Positions 10,073 through 19,666 of a stretch of DNA of 38,135 nt are shown here, one piece after another. Position 1 is the first letter of the stretch, and the number at the start of each line of letters is the position of its first letter. The notes under the pieces were generated by a model. It was not told the DNA's origin. It saw only the letters and a program-made list of their open reading frames with translations, and did no database searches. Where the stretch lies: contig JAEYQZ010000028.1 in NCBI GenBank assembly GCA_023409695.1, forward strand, positions 1-38,135, in the 5' to 3' direction. Both the position numbers and the translations under genes were made by a program. This DNA comes from Methanobacteriota archaeon. Its GTDB lineage: Archaea; Methanobacteriota; Methanobacteria; Methanobacteriales; Methanobacteriaceae.

Positions 10073-10905
10073 AAAACCTCCGTAATATTTGTTATATCTT
10101 TATGAATGTTTGAATTACATGCTGCAATTAAAGATGTCCTTTCTGTTACTTTCAATTTATTATCCAAGCTTTTTCCATGCTCATTGGTAACTGTCCCTCC
10201 AGCCTCTTCAACTATGAGTTTAGCTGCGGCAATATCTACTACTCTTAAATTTCCTCGGATATCTAAAAAAGCATCGTAAGTGCCATCAGCAACATAACAC
10301 AGTTCAGTGGCAACAGAACCAAGCAGCCTAATTCTTCTTACAGTTTTACATATTTCATTCATTTTGTTCATTGCCCCTCGGACATAGGCCCCTATTAAAG
10401 AATCAGTAATATCTTCCTTTGATGATGGAACTGCAGCTGTACCATTTAAACTAGCTCCTTTTCCCTTGATTGCTTCATAAATGTCTCCAGTTGCAAGATT
10501 TTTAACAAAACCAATTTCAATATCCTGCAGTGTGAGTGATTTCAATGATTTAATGGATGAATCTGCTATGGCAATTGATATTCCATAAAAGGGGATATTT
10601 TTAAGGGCATTAATGGTCCCATCCAGGGGATCAACTACAAAAACAACTTCGGATGGTCCTTCTCCAATTTTAAATTCACCTATTTCTTCGCTTATAAGAG
10701 TCACAGATTTTCCAGTATTTTCTAAAATTTCTATAACTTTTTCTTCTGCAACGACATCGATCATTTTGGTGGGGGTACCGTCGGCACCCATTTTCACTGT
10801 TTCGCCGGATTTCTCTCTACCTACAAGCGGAGAAACGGCTTCATCTACTTCTGTTATTATTCGATATGAAACTGCCCTCCAAAATTCAATATCTTCTTTT
10901 TTCAT
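10069..10905 (-). CDS. Inositol monophosphatase / FBPase-type phosphatase (possible NADP(H) phosphatase)
   Basis: MGADGTPT, SEE, VDPLDGT and DIAAA motifs; ATG 10905 preferred over track start 10926; stop overlaps nadK start (ATGA). Confidence 0.9.
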   Translation of the reverse strand: MKKEDIEFWRAVSYRIITEVDEAVSPLVGREKSGETVKMGADGTPTKMIDVVAEEKVIEILENTGKSVTLISEEIGEFKIGEGPSEVVFVVDPLDGTINALKNIPFYGISIAIADSSIKSLKSLTLQDIEIGFVKNLATGDIYEAIKGKGASLNGTAAVPSSKEDITDSLIGAYVRGAMNKMNEICKTVRRIRLLGSVATELCYVADGTYDAFLDIRGNLRVVDIAAAKLIVEEAGGTVTNEHGKSLDNKLKVTERTSLIAACNSNIHKDITNITEVL

Positions 10906-10909
10906 GATT

Positions 10910-11353
10910 TTACCCCAAATAAACAATTGAAGAAATTACTGAGCCTTCATTTTCCACCACATGACTTTTTTCCTCAACGATTATTTCGTTTATCTTCATT
11001 TTTCTTATTTCCATCATCTGTTCTGCCATAAAGACCGCATATTTTTTTACTTCTTCTGGATCTTCGTTTACAGCTGAGTGCTCAACAACACAGCCAAAAT
11101 CATCCGATGTCGCGACTGCTATTACAGCAGTAATCACATCTCCTTTTTTATCTGATGTTGCATGGGCTAAAACACAGTTTATCATGTCTCCTGCTGTGAG
11201 TTCCGGGAGTTCTACAAATTGAGAACCTGCGGGGAGAATACTGGATACTTTTATTAAATTTACGTCTCCTATTCCTGCATCTAACAGGGCATTATCAAAT
11301 GCATTGAGTTTACTTGGGCCTTCTGCTTTTCCTGATGTTATTGCTACTTTCAT
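10910..11353 (-). CDS. pdaD: Pyruvoyl-dependent arginine decarboxylase
   Basis: [26 protein letters not shown] with Ser-Ser autocleavage site; ATG 11353. Confidence 0.93.
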   Translation of the reverse strand: MKVAITSGKAEGPSKLNAFDNALLDAGIGDVNLIKVSSILPAGSQFVELPELTAGDMINCVLAHATSDKKGDVITAVIAVATSDDFGCVVEHSAVNEDPEEVKKYAVFMAEQMMEIRKMKINEIIVEEKSHVVENEGSVISSIVYLG

Positions 11354-11519
11354 TGTTATCACTTAATAGATTTAAATATTGAAAAAGATATAGTTAACTT
11401 TAATAGATAATAAAACATTTATTGTGCAAAAATTATACGTTAATTAGATGCAATGTCAAATAATTTAACTTGAGCATTTAAAAATCTGTTTTATGGATAC
11501 AGATCATTATTTGCACAAA

Positions 11520-11598
11520 TTCAAATCATGATCATTGATATTAATCTATTCATGATCATGTGATTTGAAATCCTTTCGAAATCATTGATTTTCGAAAG
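11520..11598. repeat. Two adjacent inverted repeats in the divergent pdaD/aIF5A intergenic region
   Basis: TTCAAATCATGATCATTGA...TCATGATCATGTGATTTGAA (imperfect, ~11520-11569) and CTTTCGAAATC-att-GATTTTCGAAAG (11573-11598). Confidence 0.6.
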
Positions 11599-11875
11599 TT
11601 TTTGAACATTATCTATAAAACTTTTATATACATACACAAATAAAATATCTTTTAGATTTAATTAAAGAGCTAAATTTGGTAAGTCTTAGACATATTAATT
11701 TCATGTTTAAATAATTGTTATAGTGAAGAATGTATTTTTATATTGGGTGATAGATTTTAATAATATTATCTAATTATGGAAAATTATAATTCCAGATGTT
11801 TGGAGTAACAAGCATTTGTTATCGCTATAAATTTCATAAGTTCTTTAATATTAATTTAATTTGGAGGTAAATAAC

Positions 11876-12265
11876 ATGTCAAAGAAGGTTGTAGAAGTAA
11901 AAACCTTAAAAGTAGGTAAATATGTCATATTAGATGGTGAAGCATCAAAAATCAAAAGTATCCAGACATCATCCCCTGGAAAACACGGGGCTGCAAAAGC
12001 AAGAGTAGAAGCTGTCGGTATATTCGATAACCAGAAAAGAAGCCTTGTAAAACCTGTAGATGCTAAATGTGACGTGCCTATGATCGATAAAAGGGTAGCT
12101 CAGGTTCTTGCTCTAATGGGAAAAGAAGTTCAACTCATGGACATTGAAAGTTACGAAACTTTTGAATTACCTATTCCTGACGAACTTAAAGATGATATAG
12201 TTGAAGGTGTAGAAGTTGACTATATTGAAGCTTTAGGTAAACAAAAAATCATGAGGGTTAAATAA
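11876..12265 (+). CDS. eif5a: Translation factor aIF5A
   Basis: [10 protein letters not shown] with the (deoxy)hypusine Lys; ATG 11876 after GGAGGT RBS. Confidence 0.97.
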   Translation: MSKKVVEVKTLKVGKYVILDGEASKIKSIQTSSPGKHGAAKARVEAVGIFDNQKRSLVKPVDAKCDVPMIDKRVAQVLALMGKEVQLMDIESYETFELPIPDELKDDIVEGVEVDYIEALGKQKIMRVK

Positions 12266-12335
12266 TTGAGTTAATTTCAATTATTCTCTTTTTTTTAAAT
12301 ATATTTTAATTATTACACATTTAATAGATGATAAA

Positions 12336-13205
12336 ATGCTTTTTTATACAGAAAACCCCTTACAATTTGCTTTTTCGAAGTTATGGGGTGATGATGAATC
12401 AGCAGATGATACTAAAAAATTTGGTTTTATAGGCATTCCTTTTGATAGCACTTCAACCTACAAACCCGGTTCAAGATTTGGTCCAAGGGCAGTTCGTGAA
12501 GCCTCTTATAATTTTGAAAGATATAATATAATTTTAGATAAAAATTTAGATGCATCTCTTTTTGATTTTGGCGATATCGAAGTAATTCAAGGTAATTTTG
12601 AAAAAACATCTTCAATTATAGAATTCACGGTTAAAGAACTTTTAGATAAAGATATCATTCCAGTGGCTGTAGGTGGAGAACATACGATAAGTTCTGGAAT
12701 ATTGAAAGCTCTTGATGTTGAAAATACCACTATTGTCCATTTTGATGCCCATATGGATTTAAGAGATGAATATATGGGTGAAAAATATTCACATGCGACT
12801 GTAATGCGCAGGATATTTGATTTGAATCCAAAAGACATGATTCAAATTGGTATAAGGTCCTGCTCGGAGGATGAAATGTCTTTTGCAAAGGAAAACAAGA
12901 TAACCTATTTCACGCCCCATGAAGTTAATAAAAACATAGAACTGGTTAAAAATACAATAAAGAACATTGAAGGGCCATTATATGTAACTGCGGATATTGA
13001 TGTGCTTGATCCGGCTTATGCTCCTGGTGTTGGTACTCCATCTCCATGTGGATTGAATCCATTCCAACTGGAAAGCTTGATCCATTGTTTAAAAGACAAA
13101 GAAGTCATTGGATTTGATTTAGTAGAAGTTTCATCAACTGAAATTGGGGATATAACATCTATAAATGGTGCAAAAGTTATCTATGATTTTCTAGCTGTCC
13201 AATGA
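12336..13205 (+). CDS. speB: Agmatinase (arginase family)
   Basis: GGEHTIS, FDAHMD and DIDVLDP metal-binding motifs. Confidence 0.93.
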   Translation: MLFYTENPLQFAFSKLWGDDESADDTKKFGFIGIPFDSTSTYKPGSRFGPRAVREASYNFERYNIILDKNLDASLFDFGDIEVIQGNFEKTSSIIEFTVKELLDKDIIPVAVGGEHTISSGILKALDVENTTIVHFDAHMDLRDEYMGEKYSHATVMRRIFDLNPKDMIQIGIRSCSEDEMSFAKENKITYFTPHEVNKNIELVKNTIKNIEGPLYVTADIDVLDPAYAPGVGTPSPCGLNPFQLESLIHCLKDKEVIGFDLVEVSSTEIGDITSINGAKVIYDFLAVQ

Positions 13206-13618
13206 ATTAATTTTGGTGTAATCTTAATTTGACCATAAATCATATGGATTTTCAGATGTTTTAGACAGTATTTTTCTATTTGATCTTTTATTTTCACTAT
13301 AATTGCCTTAATTTAAACTTTCATAGTAATTTTTAATTAAAAATGGCGTGAAAGTGCCATTTATTATCAATAATTGCTTCACATTTCTTTTATTTTCATT
13401 TTCATCTTGATCGTTTTTTTAAATCCTCTCAAAATTTATATACCATAATTTAGTAATAGATAGTCACATAAGAATTCTGGAGATAAAAAGTTTAAATCCA
13501 TTTAAAAAGAAATCTTATGATGTTTTGTATACTTAAATGCCAATAAGTATGCTAAGTTAAATTTAATTAATATTTTAAAGATTATTTCTTTACTTTAGAC
13601 TAAATTGGAGATGTTATT

Positions 13619-14854
13619 ATGGATACAAGAGAAGTTAAACTTTCAGGTCATATAATAGATTCATTAACACTCCCAAAGACCCTTGATCTTATAATGGATA
13701 TGGGCGGGGACTTTGAGATTCTCGATGTTAACATAGGTAAACAGAAAAAAGATGTAAGTCATGCTAAAATACGAGTTATAGGAGATAATGAATCTCATTT
13801 AGGCGAAATTCTCGATGAATTAAGTGAAATAGGGGCAGTTATTTCTGAAATTAAGGAAATTGAACTTGTTCCATCTAAGAAGGATAAGACTCTCCCTGAT
13901 GATTTTTATTCAACCACAAATCATCCAACATCTGTAAGGTATGCTGGAGAATGGATCGAGGTTGAAGATATTGAAATGGATTGTATGATTGTAATTGATC
14001 CAGAAAGTAAACGCGCGTTATGTAAGCCGATAGGGCGAATCGAAGAGGGAGACTTAGTGGCCGTTGGAAGAGAAGGTATCAAAGTGGAACCTCCTGAAAG
14101 GCCAAGGGGTAAAAAAGGAGTCTTTGAATTCATGTCAAGTGAAGCATCTTCCGAAAAGCCGGTAAGATCCATAGTTAAAAACATAGCATCTGAAATCAGG
14201 GAAATTAAGAAAAGAAATGGAAAAATAGCTATAGTAGCAGGTCCTGCAATAGTACACACTGGATCAGCCCCAATTTTAGCCAGGATGATAAGAGAAGGGA
14301 TTATAGATGTATTATTTGCTGGAAATGCCCTTGCAACACACGATATTGAAAATGATCTCTATGGAACCTCCCTTGGAATATGCACAAGAAGTGGTGAAGC
14401 CGTTGTTAGGGGACACAGGCACCATATTTATGCAATCAATGAAATTAATAAAGCTGGTTCAATAAAAGATGCTGTTGAGAAGGGTGTACTGAAAAGCGGA
14501 ATCATGTATGAATGTGTTAAAAATGACGCACCTTTCGTACTTGCAGGTTCAATCAGAGATGACGGGCCACTTCCAGATGTTATAACTGACGTTATTCAAG
14601 CTCAGGATGAAATGCGTAAATATGCACAGGATGTTGACATGGTAATCATGATTGCAACCATGCTCCACTCCATAGCAGTTGGTAATATACTCCCATCTTA
14701 TGTAAAAAGCATATGTGTGGATATAAACCCTGCAACAGTCACAAAACTTGCAGATAGGGGAAGTGCACAGGTTGTGGGCGTTGTGACTGATGTCGGGGCA
14801 TTCTTGCCTATCCTTTACGAAAGTTTAGAAGGTTTAGATTGTATTAAAGATTAA
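13619..14854 (+). CDS. TIGR00300 family protein (LOR/SDH-domain, ArgZ-C-like ornithine cyclodeaminase candidate)
   Basis: [48 protein letters not shown] and KLADRGS motifs. Confidence 0.85.
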   Translation: MDTREVKLSGHIIDSLTLPKTLDLIMDMGGDFEILDVNIGKQKKDVSHAKIRVIGDNESHLGEILDELSEIGAVISEIKEIELVPSKKDKTLPDDFYSTTNHPTSVRYAGEWIEVEDIEMDCMIVIDPESKRALCKPIGRIEEGDLVAVGREGIKVEPPERPRGKKGVFEFMSSEASSEKPVRSIVKNIASEIREIKKRNGKIAIVAGPAIVHTGSAPILARMIREGIIDVLFAGNALATHDIENDLYGTSLGICTRSGEAVVRGHRHHIYAINEINKAGSIKDAVEKGVLKSGIMYECVKNDAPFVLAGSIRDDGPLPDVITDVIQAQDEMRKYAQDVDMVIMIATMLHSIAVGNILPSYVKSICVDINPATVTKLADRGSAQVVGVVTDVGAFLPILYESLEGLDCIKD

Positions 14855-14970
14855 TAATTAAAAAATAAATTCTGTACCTGTAAAAAGGGTACTTATCTTT
14901 TTGTTTTAAGTGGAGAATGCATAGTTACAGGTTTAATTTTTTAAACCTTCAAAATTACAATATTAACATT

Positions 14971-15420
14971 TTAAACGTTTTCAAATGATTCAATTATGTT
15001 ATTCACCTTTTCTTCAAGTATTTCAACGATCCTTGAATCAGCACCAAATGGTTCAGTGTAGATAATTTCACCATCGAAATCAATTCTTTCACTTTCATCA
15101 AAATTATGGATTTTTGATGGTCTTTTTGTATCGCTTAAGCGGAGAACGTATTCAATATCCTGTTTTGTATGGATTCCATGTGCTATAAATGCAGGTACAA
15201 CGACTATTTTCTTTACCTGCCTTTTTTTAAGGGTATCAACTGCAGCTGCTATTGAAGGTTCTGCTATGTTCATAAATCCTACTTCAACAGGATATTCTGA
15301 ATCTTTTTTGTATCCTTCTGCCAGTTTATAGAGGACTTCTTGCCCATAGGGTAAACTACTTCCATGTCCAACAAGTAAGATGCCTATTTCATTATCTTTT
15401 GAATCTAGATTTAGATGCAT
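14971..15420 (-). CDS. CbiXS / CfbA-like sirohydrochlorin chelatase
   Basis: LLVGHGS, VEVGFMN, AFIAHGIHTKQDI, YTEPFGAD motifs; ATG 15420 after AAGTGA; lacks a His-rich loop. Confidence 0.85.
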   Translation of the reverse strand: MHLNLDSKDNEIGILLVGHGSSLPYGQEVLYKLAEGYKKDSEYPVEVGFMNIAEPSIAAAVDTLKKRQVKKIVVVPAFIAHGIHTKQDIEYVLRLSDTKRPSKIHNFDESERIDFDGEIIYTEPFGADSRIVEILEEKVNNIIESFENV

Positions 15421-15953
15421 ATTATCACTTCTATTACATATTTTTTTCAATATCTAAATTTATTTTAGGTTTAACGGGTTATTTTCGTATTTTTTGAGTT
15501 ATAATGAACTTTAACATTTGTTTGCATGTTCATTCCTTAAATGGGAAATCAATATTTTACATCATAACTCATTTTAGATACTTATTAACAATATTATAAT
15601 AGTCATCATCGTATTTAAAGACATGTTCAAGCTTATTTGACTATATATAAAATTAATTTGACTTATTTTGATCTTTAAACATATATTAAATCTTTTTTGA
15701 TTAAAAATAAAGTTAATTTGAATAATTTAATTATTTGAAGCTTTTAAATTTTTAATTGAAATCCATTTTTTAACAAAAAATAAACTGAAAGGGTATAAAA
15801 ATTATGAAAATTTCCCGAAATTGAGTATATCTAAAAAAATATTCAACCACGTTTTTTAAATAATTTTAAGCAAATTTTGGAGTACTTAATACCTCTGTTT
15901 AAATAAAGAATAAACTGAATTTAAAAAATAAAGAAAGATATTTTAGTTAAATA

Positions 15954-18335
15954 TCAATTTTGGCCTTTCACTTTAAGATCAGAGTAATTCATAGTGGGAG
16001 TATGTTCCGTATCTTCATAAACAGCATCATTCTTATTTTTAATTCCTATTCTCAGTGCATTAAGGATAACGGCAAGTGTTAAACCAACGTCTCCAAGGGT
16101 AACTGCTACCCATAACGAGACAAATCCAAATACTGCAAGTGCTGCAAGTGCTACTTGAATTAAAAGGGCTGCTGAAACGTTTTGTTTAACTACAGACATT
16201 GTTTTTCTACTTAAGTCAATGAGGTAATTGATTTTTGAGATGTCGTCCTGCATTAATGCTATATCTGCTGTTTCTATTGCTACATCAGATCCTGCAGCAC
16301 CCATAGCGATACCTACATTGGCTCTTGCAAGTGCTGGAGCGTCGTTTACACCATCACCGATCATTGCAACACATTCTCCTTTATCAAGTAGTTTATCAAC
16401 TATTTTGACTTTATCTTCAGGTAAAAGGCCGCTGTAATATTCATCAATTCCTATTTTGGCGGATACAGCTTTTGCAGTGCCTTCATTATCACCAGTAAGC
16501 ATGACAGTTTTAATATTTCTTTCTTTAAGTCCGGCAATGGTACTTTTTGAAAGGTCTCTTATTTTATCCATTAACCCTATTACAGCAAGTATGTGTTCAT
16601 CATTTCCAAGAATTACAGCGGTTTTACCATCATTTTGAAATTTGTTTATTAATTCTTCAGGAAACTCTGGATCACCTTTAAAAAGACTTTTTTTACCAAT
16701 ATGGAACATTTTATCATCTATTATGCCTTTAATACCGTTTCCAGTAATTGATTCAAAGTCTTTAACTTCTTTAAAGTCCATATTTGATTCTTCAACATAG
16801 TTTATAATTGCTTCTGCAAGGGGATGTTTAGATCTGGATTCCAGTGAACCTGCTATTTGAAGAATTTCATTTTTAGAGTAATTATTTAATGGTATAACAT
16901 CTGTGACTTCTAATTTTCCTTCTGTAAGGGTTCCAGTTTTATCGAAGACAATAGTACTGATATTTTTGATTTCTTCAACATATTTGGAACCTTTAATCAG
17001 TACACCATTTCTTGTACTTGCAGTTACCCCTGAGACCATAGCTACAGGAGTAGATAGTAAAAATGCGCATGGGCATGAAATTACCAGAAGAACCAGTGCT
17101 CTGTATATCCATGTGTATAACGGTTGTCCAAATATGAGTGGAGGTACTACTGCTATTGCAGCTGCAATCAAAACTACTGCAGGGGTGTAATATTTTGCAA
17201 ACCTTTCAATAAAAGCTTCAGTACTGGATTTTTTCTTCTGTGACTCTTTTACAAGCTTTATAATCTTTGAAAGTACTGTTTCATCTGATTTTTTAGTTAC
17301 TTTAACCTCTAAATATCCTTCTTCATTTAAAGTAGCTGCAAAAACATTGTCTCCTTCAATTTTAGTGACAGGTATGCTTTCTCCAGTAATTGCTGCCTGG
17401 TTTACTGCAGATACTCCATTAATCACTATCCCGTCTAATGAAATTTTCTCACCAGGTCTTACAACAAGAATGTCATTCACTTTTACATCATTTACATCTA
17501 ATTCAACGTTTTTACCGTTTATTTTAACAGTAGCAGTGTCTGGAACTAATTTTAAGAGGCTTTTTATGGATTTACGTGCTCTATTTCCAGCATAATCTTC
17601 TAAAAACTCTGCTATATAGAACAGGAATATTATTACAGCTCCTTCTGCACCGGATCCTATTGCAAAGGAAACAGTGACTGCTATGGTCATTAAAAGATTC
17701 ATGCTGAAATTACCTTTTAAAAGGCCCATAATTCCGCTTTTAATTATTTCATACCCGGACATTGCTATAACTGCTAAAAATATGATTTCAGATACTATTT
17801 CTTGACCTGTAACGTAATTGAAATACAATCCGATAGGCAGTAGTATAGCTGATGTAAGCATAACGAAAAGATTTTTTCTGGTCCATAAAGACTCTCTTTC
17901 TTCGAGTAATCCTTCATTGCAGCCGCATCCACATCCATGACTGGTACTTTCTAATTCACAAGTATCTTCCTGAGTTGAATCTTCACATCCGCAACCACAG
18001 GAGTCCTCTGTTTCTATTTCACAGGTATTATCTTCTTCGCCGTGGGCTGAATGTTCATCACAGTCACAATGGTGCTCTGAGTGACTTGTAATATGATTTT
18101 CTTCTTTTTCAGTTGAGTCTTCGTTGCAACCGCAGCCGCATGAATCTCCTGATTCTTCATCTCCACATATTGATCCTTTATTATTGTGGGCATGATTGTC
18201 ATCACAGTCATGGTGATTCATTTCTTTTATCTGGCAGGTATCCTGTTTTTCTTTGTTTTCAGTTGAATTATCACTGCAGGATTCATTTGATCTGTAATCT
18301 TCGGTTTTACAGGAAGTTATTTCTTTATTTTCCAT
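15954..18335 (-). CDS. Heavy-metal P1B-type ATPase (P1B-2, Zn/Cd/Pb; CadA/ZntA-like) with Cys/His-rich N-terminus
   Basis: [27 protein letters not shown]; Lys (KQN) and Asp-x-Gly (GDVG) in the last TM helices; ATG 18335 after GGAGA. Confidence 0.93.
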   Translation of the reverse strand: MENKEITSCKTEDYRSNESCSDNSTENKEKQDTCQIKEMNHHDCDDNHAHNNKGSICGDEESGDSCGCGCNEDSTEKEENHITSHSEHHCDCDEHSAHGEEDNTCEIETEDSCGCGCEDSTQEDTCELESTSHGCGCGCNEGLLEERESLWTRKNLFVMLTSAILLPIGLYFNYVTGQEIVSEIIFLAVIAMSGYEIIKSGIMGLLKGNFSMNLLMTIAVTVSFAIGSGAEGAVIIFLFYIAEFLEDYAGNRARKSIKSLLKLVPDTATVKINGKNVELDVNDVKVNDILVVRPGEKISLDGIVINGVSAVNQAAITGESIPVTKIEGDNVFAATLNEEGYLEVKVTKKSDETVLSKIIKLVKESQKKKSSTEAFIERFAKYYTPAVVLIAAAIAVVPPLIFGQPLYTWIYRALVLLVISCPCAFLLSTPVAMVSGVTASTRNGVLIKGSKYVEEIKNISTIVFDKTGTLTEGKLEVTDVIPLNNYSKNEILQIAGSLESRSKHPLAEAIINYVEESNMDFKEVKDFESITGNGIKGIIDDKMFHIGKKSLFKGDPEFPEELINKFQNDGKTAVILGNDEHILAVIGLMDKIRDLSKSTIAGLKERNIKTVMLTGDNEGTAKAVSAKIGIDEYYSGLLPEDKVKIVDKLLDKGECVAMIGDGVNDAPALARANVGIAMGAAGSDVAIETADIALMQDDISKINYLIDLSRKTMSVVKQNVSAALLIQVALAALAVFGFVSLWVAVTLGDVGLTLAVILNALRIGIKNKNDAVYEDTEHTPTMNYSDLKVKGQN

Positions 18336-18379
18336 GTTTAAATCTCCATTTGAATACACTTGATCTTACAAACATATCA

Positions 18380-18403
18380 TCATATGAATTGATGTTCATA
18401 TGA
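18380..18403. promoter_or_regulatory. ArsR/SmtB-type operator of the ATPase gene
   Basis: Perfect TCATATGAA-N6-TTCATATGA, matching the SmtB/CzrA TGAA-N6-TTCA core, immediately downstream of a minus-strand TATATATA (18405-18412). Confidence 0.85.
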
Positions 18404-18658
18404 GTATATATATTTTATGCTTTAAAATTTTAAAATAAAAAAAGTAGATATGCAATTTTATAATAGTTTAAAACTAATTTCAATGATTTTATTTATTTTT
18501 GAGCTTTAATATTCCTTTTTATATTCATGAATTAAGATTTATGCATGAATTTTGAGTATAACTATATTTAACTCTTTAAATCAAAATAAACATTTAAAAT
18601 AATTTATAAAATAAAATTAATTATTAATAAAATTGAGAATTTATTTAAAAAAGATAGT

Positions 18659-19018
18659 TTACAGTTTTTCTCGGGTATGTTCCACACCAAGCTCGATCAT
18701 TGAGACAACATGGTCATCTGCAAGAAAATAATAAGCCATTTTACCTTCTCTTCTGAATTTGACCAGATTTTTAGTTCTTAAAACTCGAAGCTGATGTGAA
18801 ATAGCTGATTGGCTCATATCAAGTACTGCAGCTAAATCGCAAACACATAAATCCTTTTTAGATAATGCATACAAAATTTTAAGTCTGGTTGAATCCCCAA
18901 ATATCTTAAAATTATCAGATACTTCAAAAAGAAGTTCGTCTTCAAGCATCTGAGACTTTATTTCTTTAACATTATCTTCGTGCACACATACAATTTCACA
19001 TGTATCTTTCTCTTCCAT
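18659..19018 (-). CDS. ArsR/SmtB family metal-sensing repressor (CadC/ZiaR-like)
   Basis: N-terminal CEIVCVH, alpha3 [23 protein letters not shown], alpha5 DDHV...EHTRE. Confidence 0.93.
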   Translation of the reverse strand: MEEKDTCEIVCVHEDNVKEIKSQMLEDELLFEVSDNFKIFGDSTRLKILYALSKKDLCVCDLAAVLDMSQSAISHQLRVLRTKNLVKFRREGKMAYYFLADDHVVSMIELGVEHTREKL

Positions 19019-19269
19019 ATGAATAAATGGTCCTATTTATCCTATAAAATTTTGGATTTTAGTGCGCACAGATAGCTTTTCAATAATTTAAACATGCTTT
19101 GATGGTGCAGTAGCGTTCCTTCTACAATTAGGCTAAAATCAGATTGATTTATTTATAATCGCCAGTACTTTATTGGATATATTCATAAAAACAGGATATA
19201 TTTATGTTTTTAGATTTTAAAAATTATAAAATTCTTTAATTTTAGATTTCTCAAAAATAACTGGTTCAT

Positions 19270-19555
19270 TGATTATTCTTTAATAAGGAGGCGGGGATCT
19301 GGATAATTCCAGATCCCTTAAATTGGCTTTTTTGGAGGATAAATATGTATGGTAGACCTATTTAACGTGTAGTACATGTTTGACCCTAAATATGATTTTA
19401 AGCTAGTTTTTTGGCAGAAGAAGGCCTAAAACCATATTTAATGTTTAAATTGCTTAGAAAACATGGTTTTAAGATGTACATTTGAGCTGAGGATGACTCA
19501 AAACCATATTTTCATAACTTCCATATTTTTAGGCGAACCTAAATAATGTAAAGTT
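19270..19555 (-). ncRNA. Candidate structured small RNA with twin 17-bp stems and anti-SD motifs (ends approximate)
   Basis: Stems 19387-19403/19424-19440 and 19457-19473/19497-19513, all mismatches G-U on the minus strand; perfect 10-bp stem 19294-19317; upstream TATA; only very short ORFs (<=12 codons) seen from the nearby ATGs. Confidence 0.5.
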
Positions 19556-19604
19556 AGGTATACTTAAATTCTTCATTGTATATAAAGTTTTAGGCTTTCC
19601 TAAA
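19528..19604 (-). promoter_or_regulatory. TATA box flanked by three TTTAGG-N4-CCTAAA palindromes (DtxR/MntR-family-like operator)
   Basis: TTTAGGcgaaCCTAAA 19528-19543, TTAGGtataCTTAA 19554-19567, TTTAGGctttCCTAAA 19589-19604; TTTATATA on minus strand 19586-19579. Confidence 0.75.
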
Positions 19605-19666
19605 AATTAGTGAATTATTTTGAAACATTCGATTAAAATAATTCAAAAATAAAAATCAATTCAATT

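Noticed and set aside
10060..10080. Frameshifted IMPase-NAD kinase fusion (pseudogene or programmed frameshift)
   Set aside because: Clean ATGA overlap with its own RBS indicates two genuine coupled genes.
19334..19365. Plus-strand GGAGG + ATG micro-ORF (MYGRPI*)
   Set aside because: Only 6 codons with no evident + strand promoter; better explained as an anti-SD segment of a minus-strand RNA, though not excluded.
19469..19524. Minus-strand mini-ORFs behind the operator boxes (8 and 12 codons)
   Set aside because: No convincing RBS or peptide features; they overlap the RNA stems.
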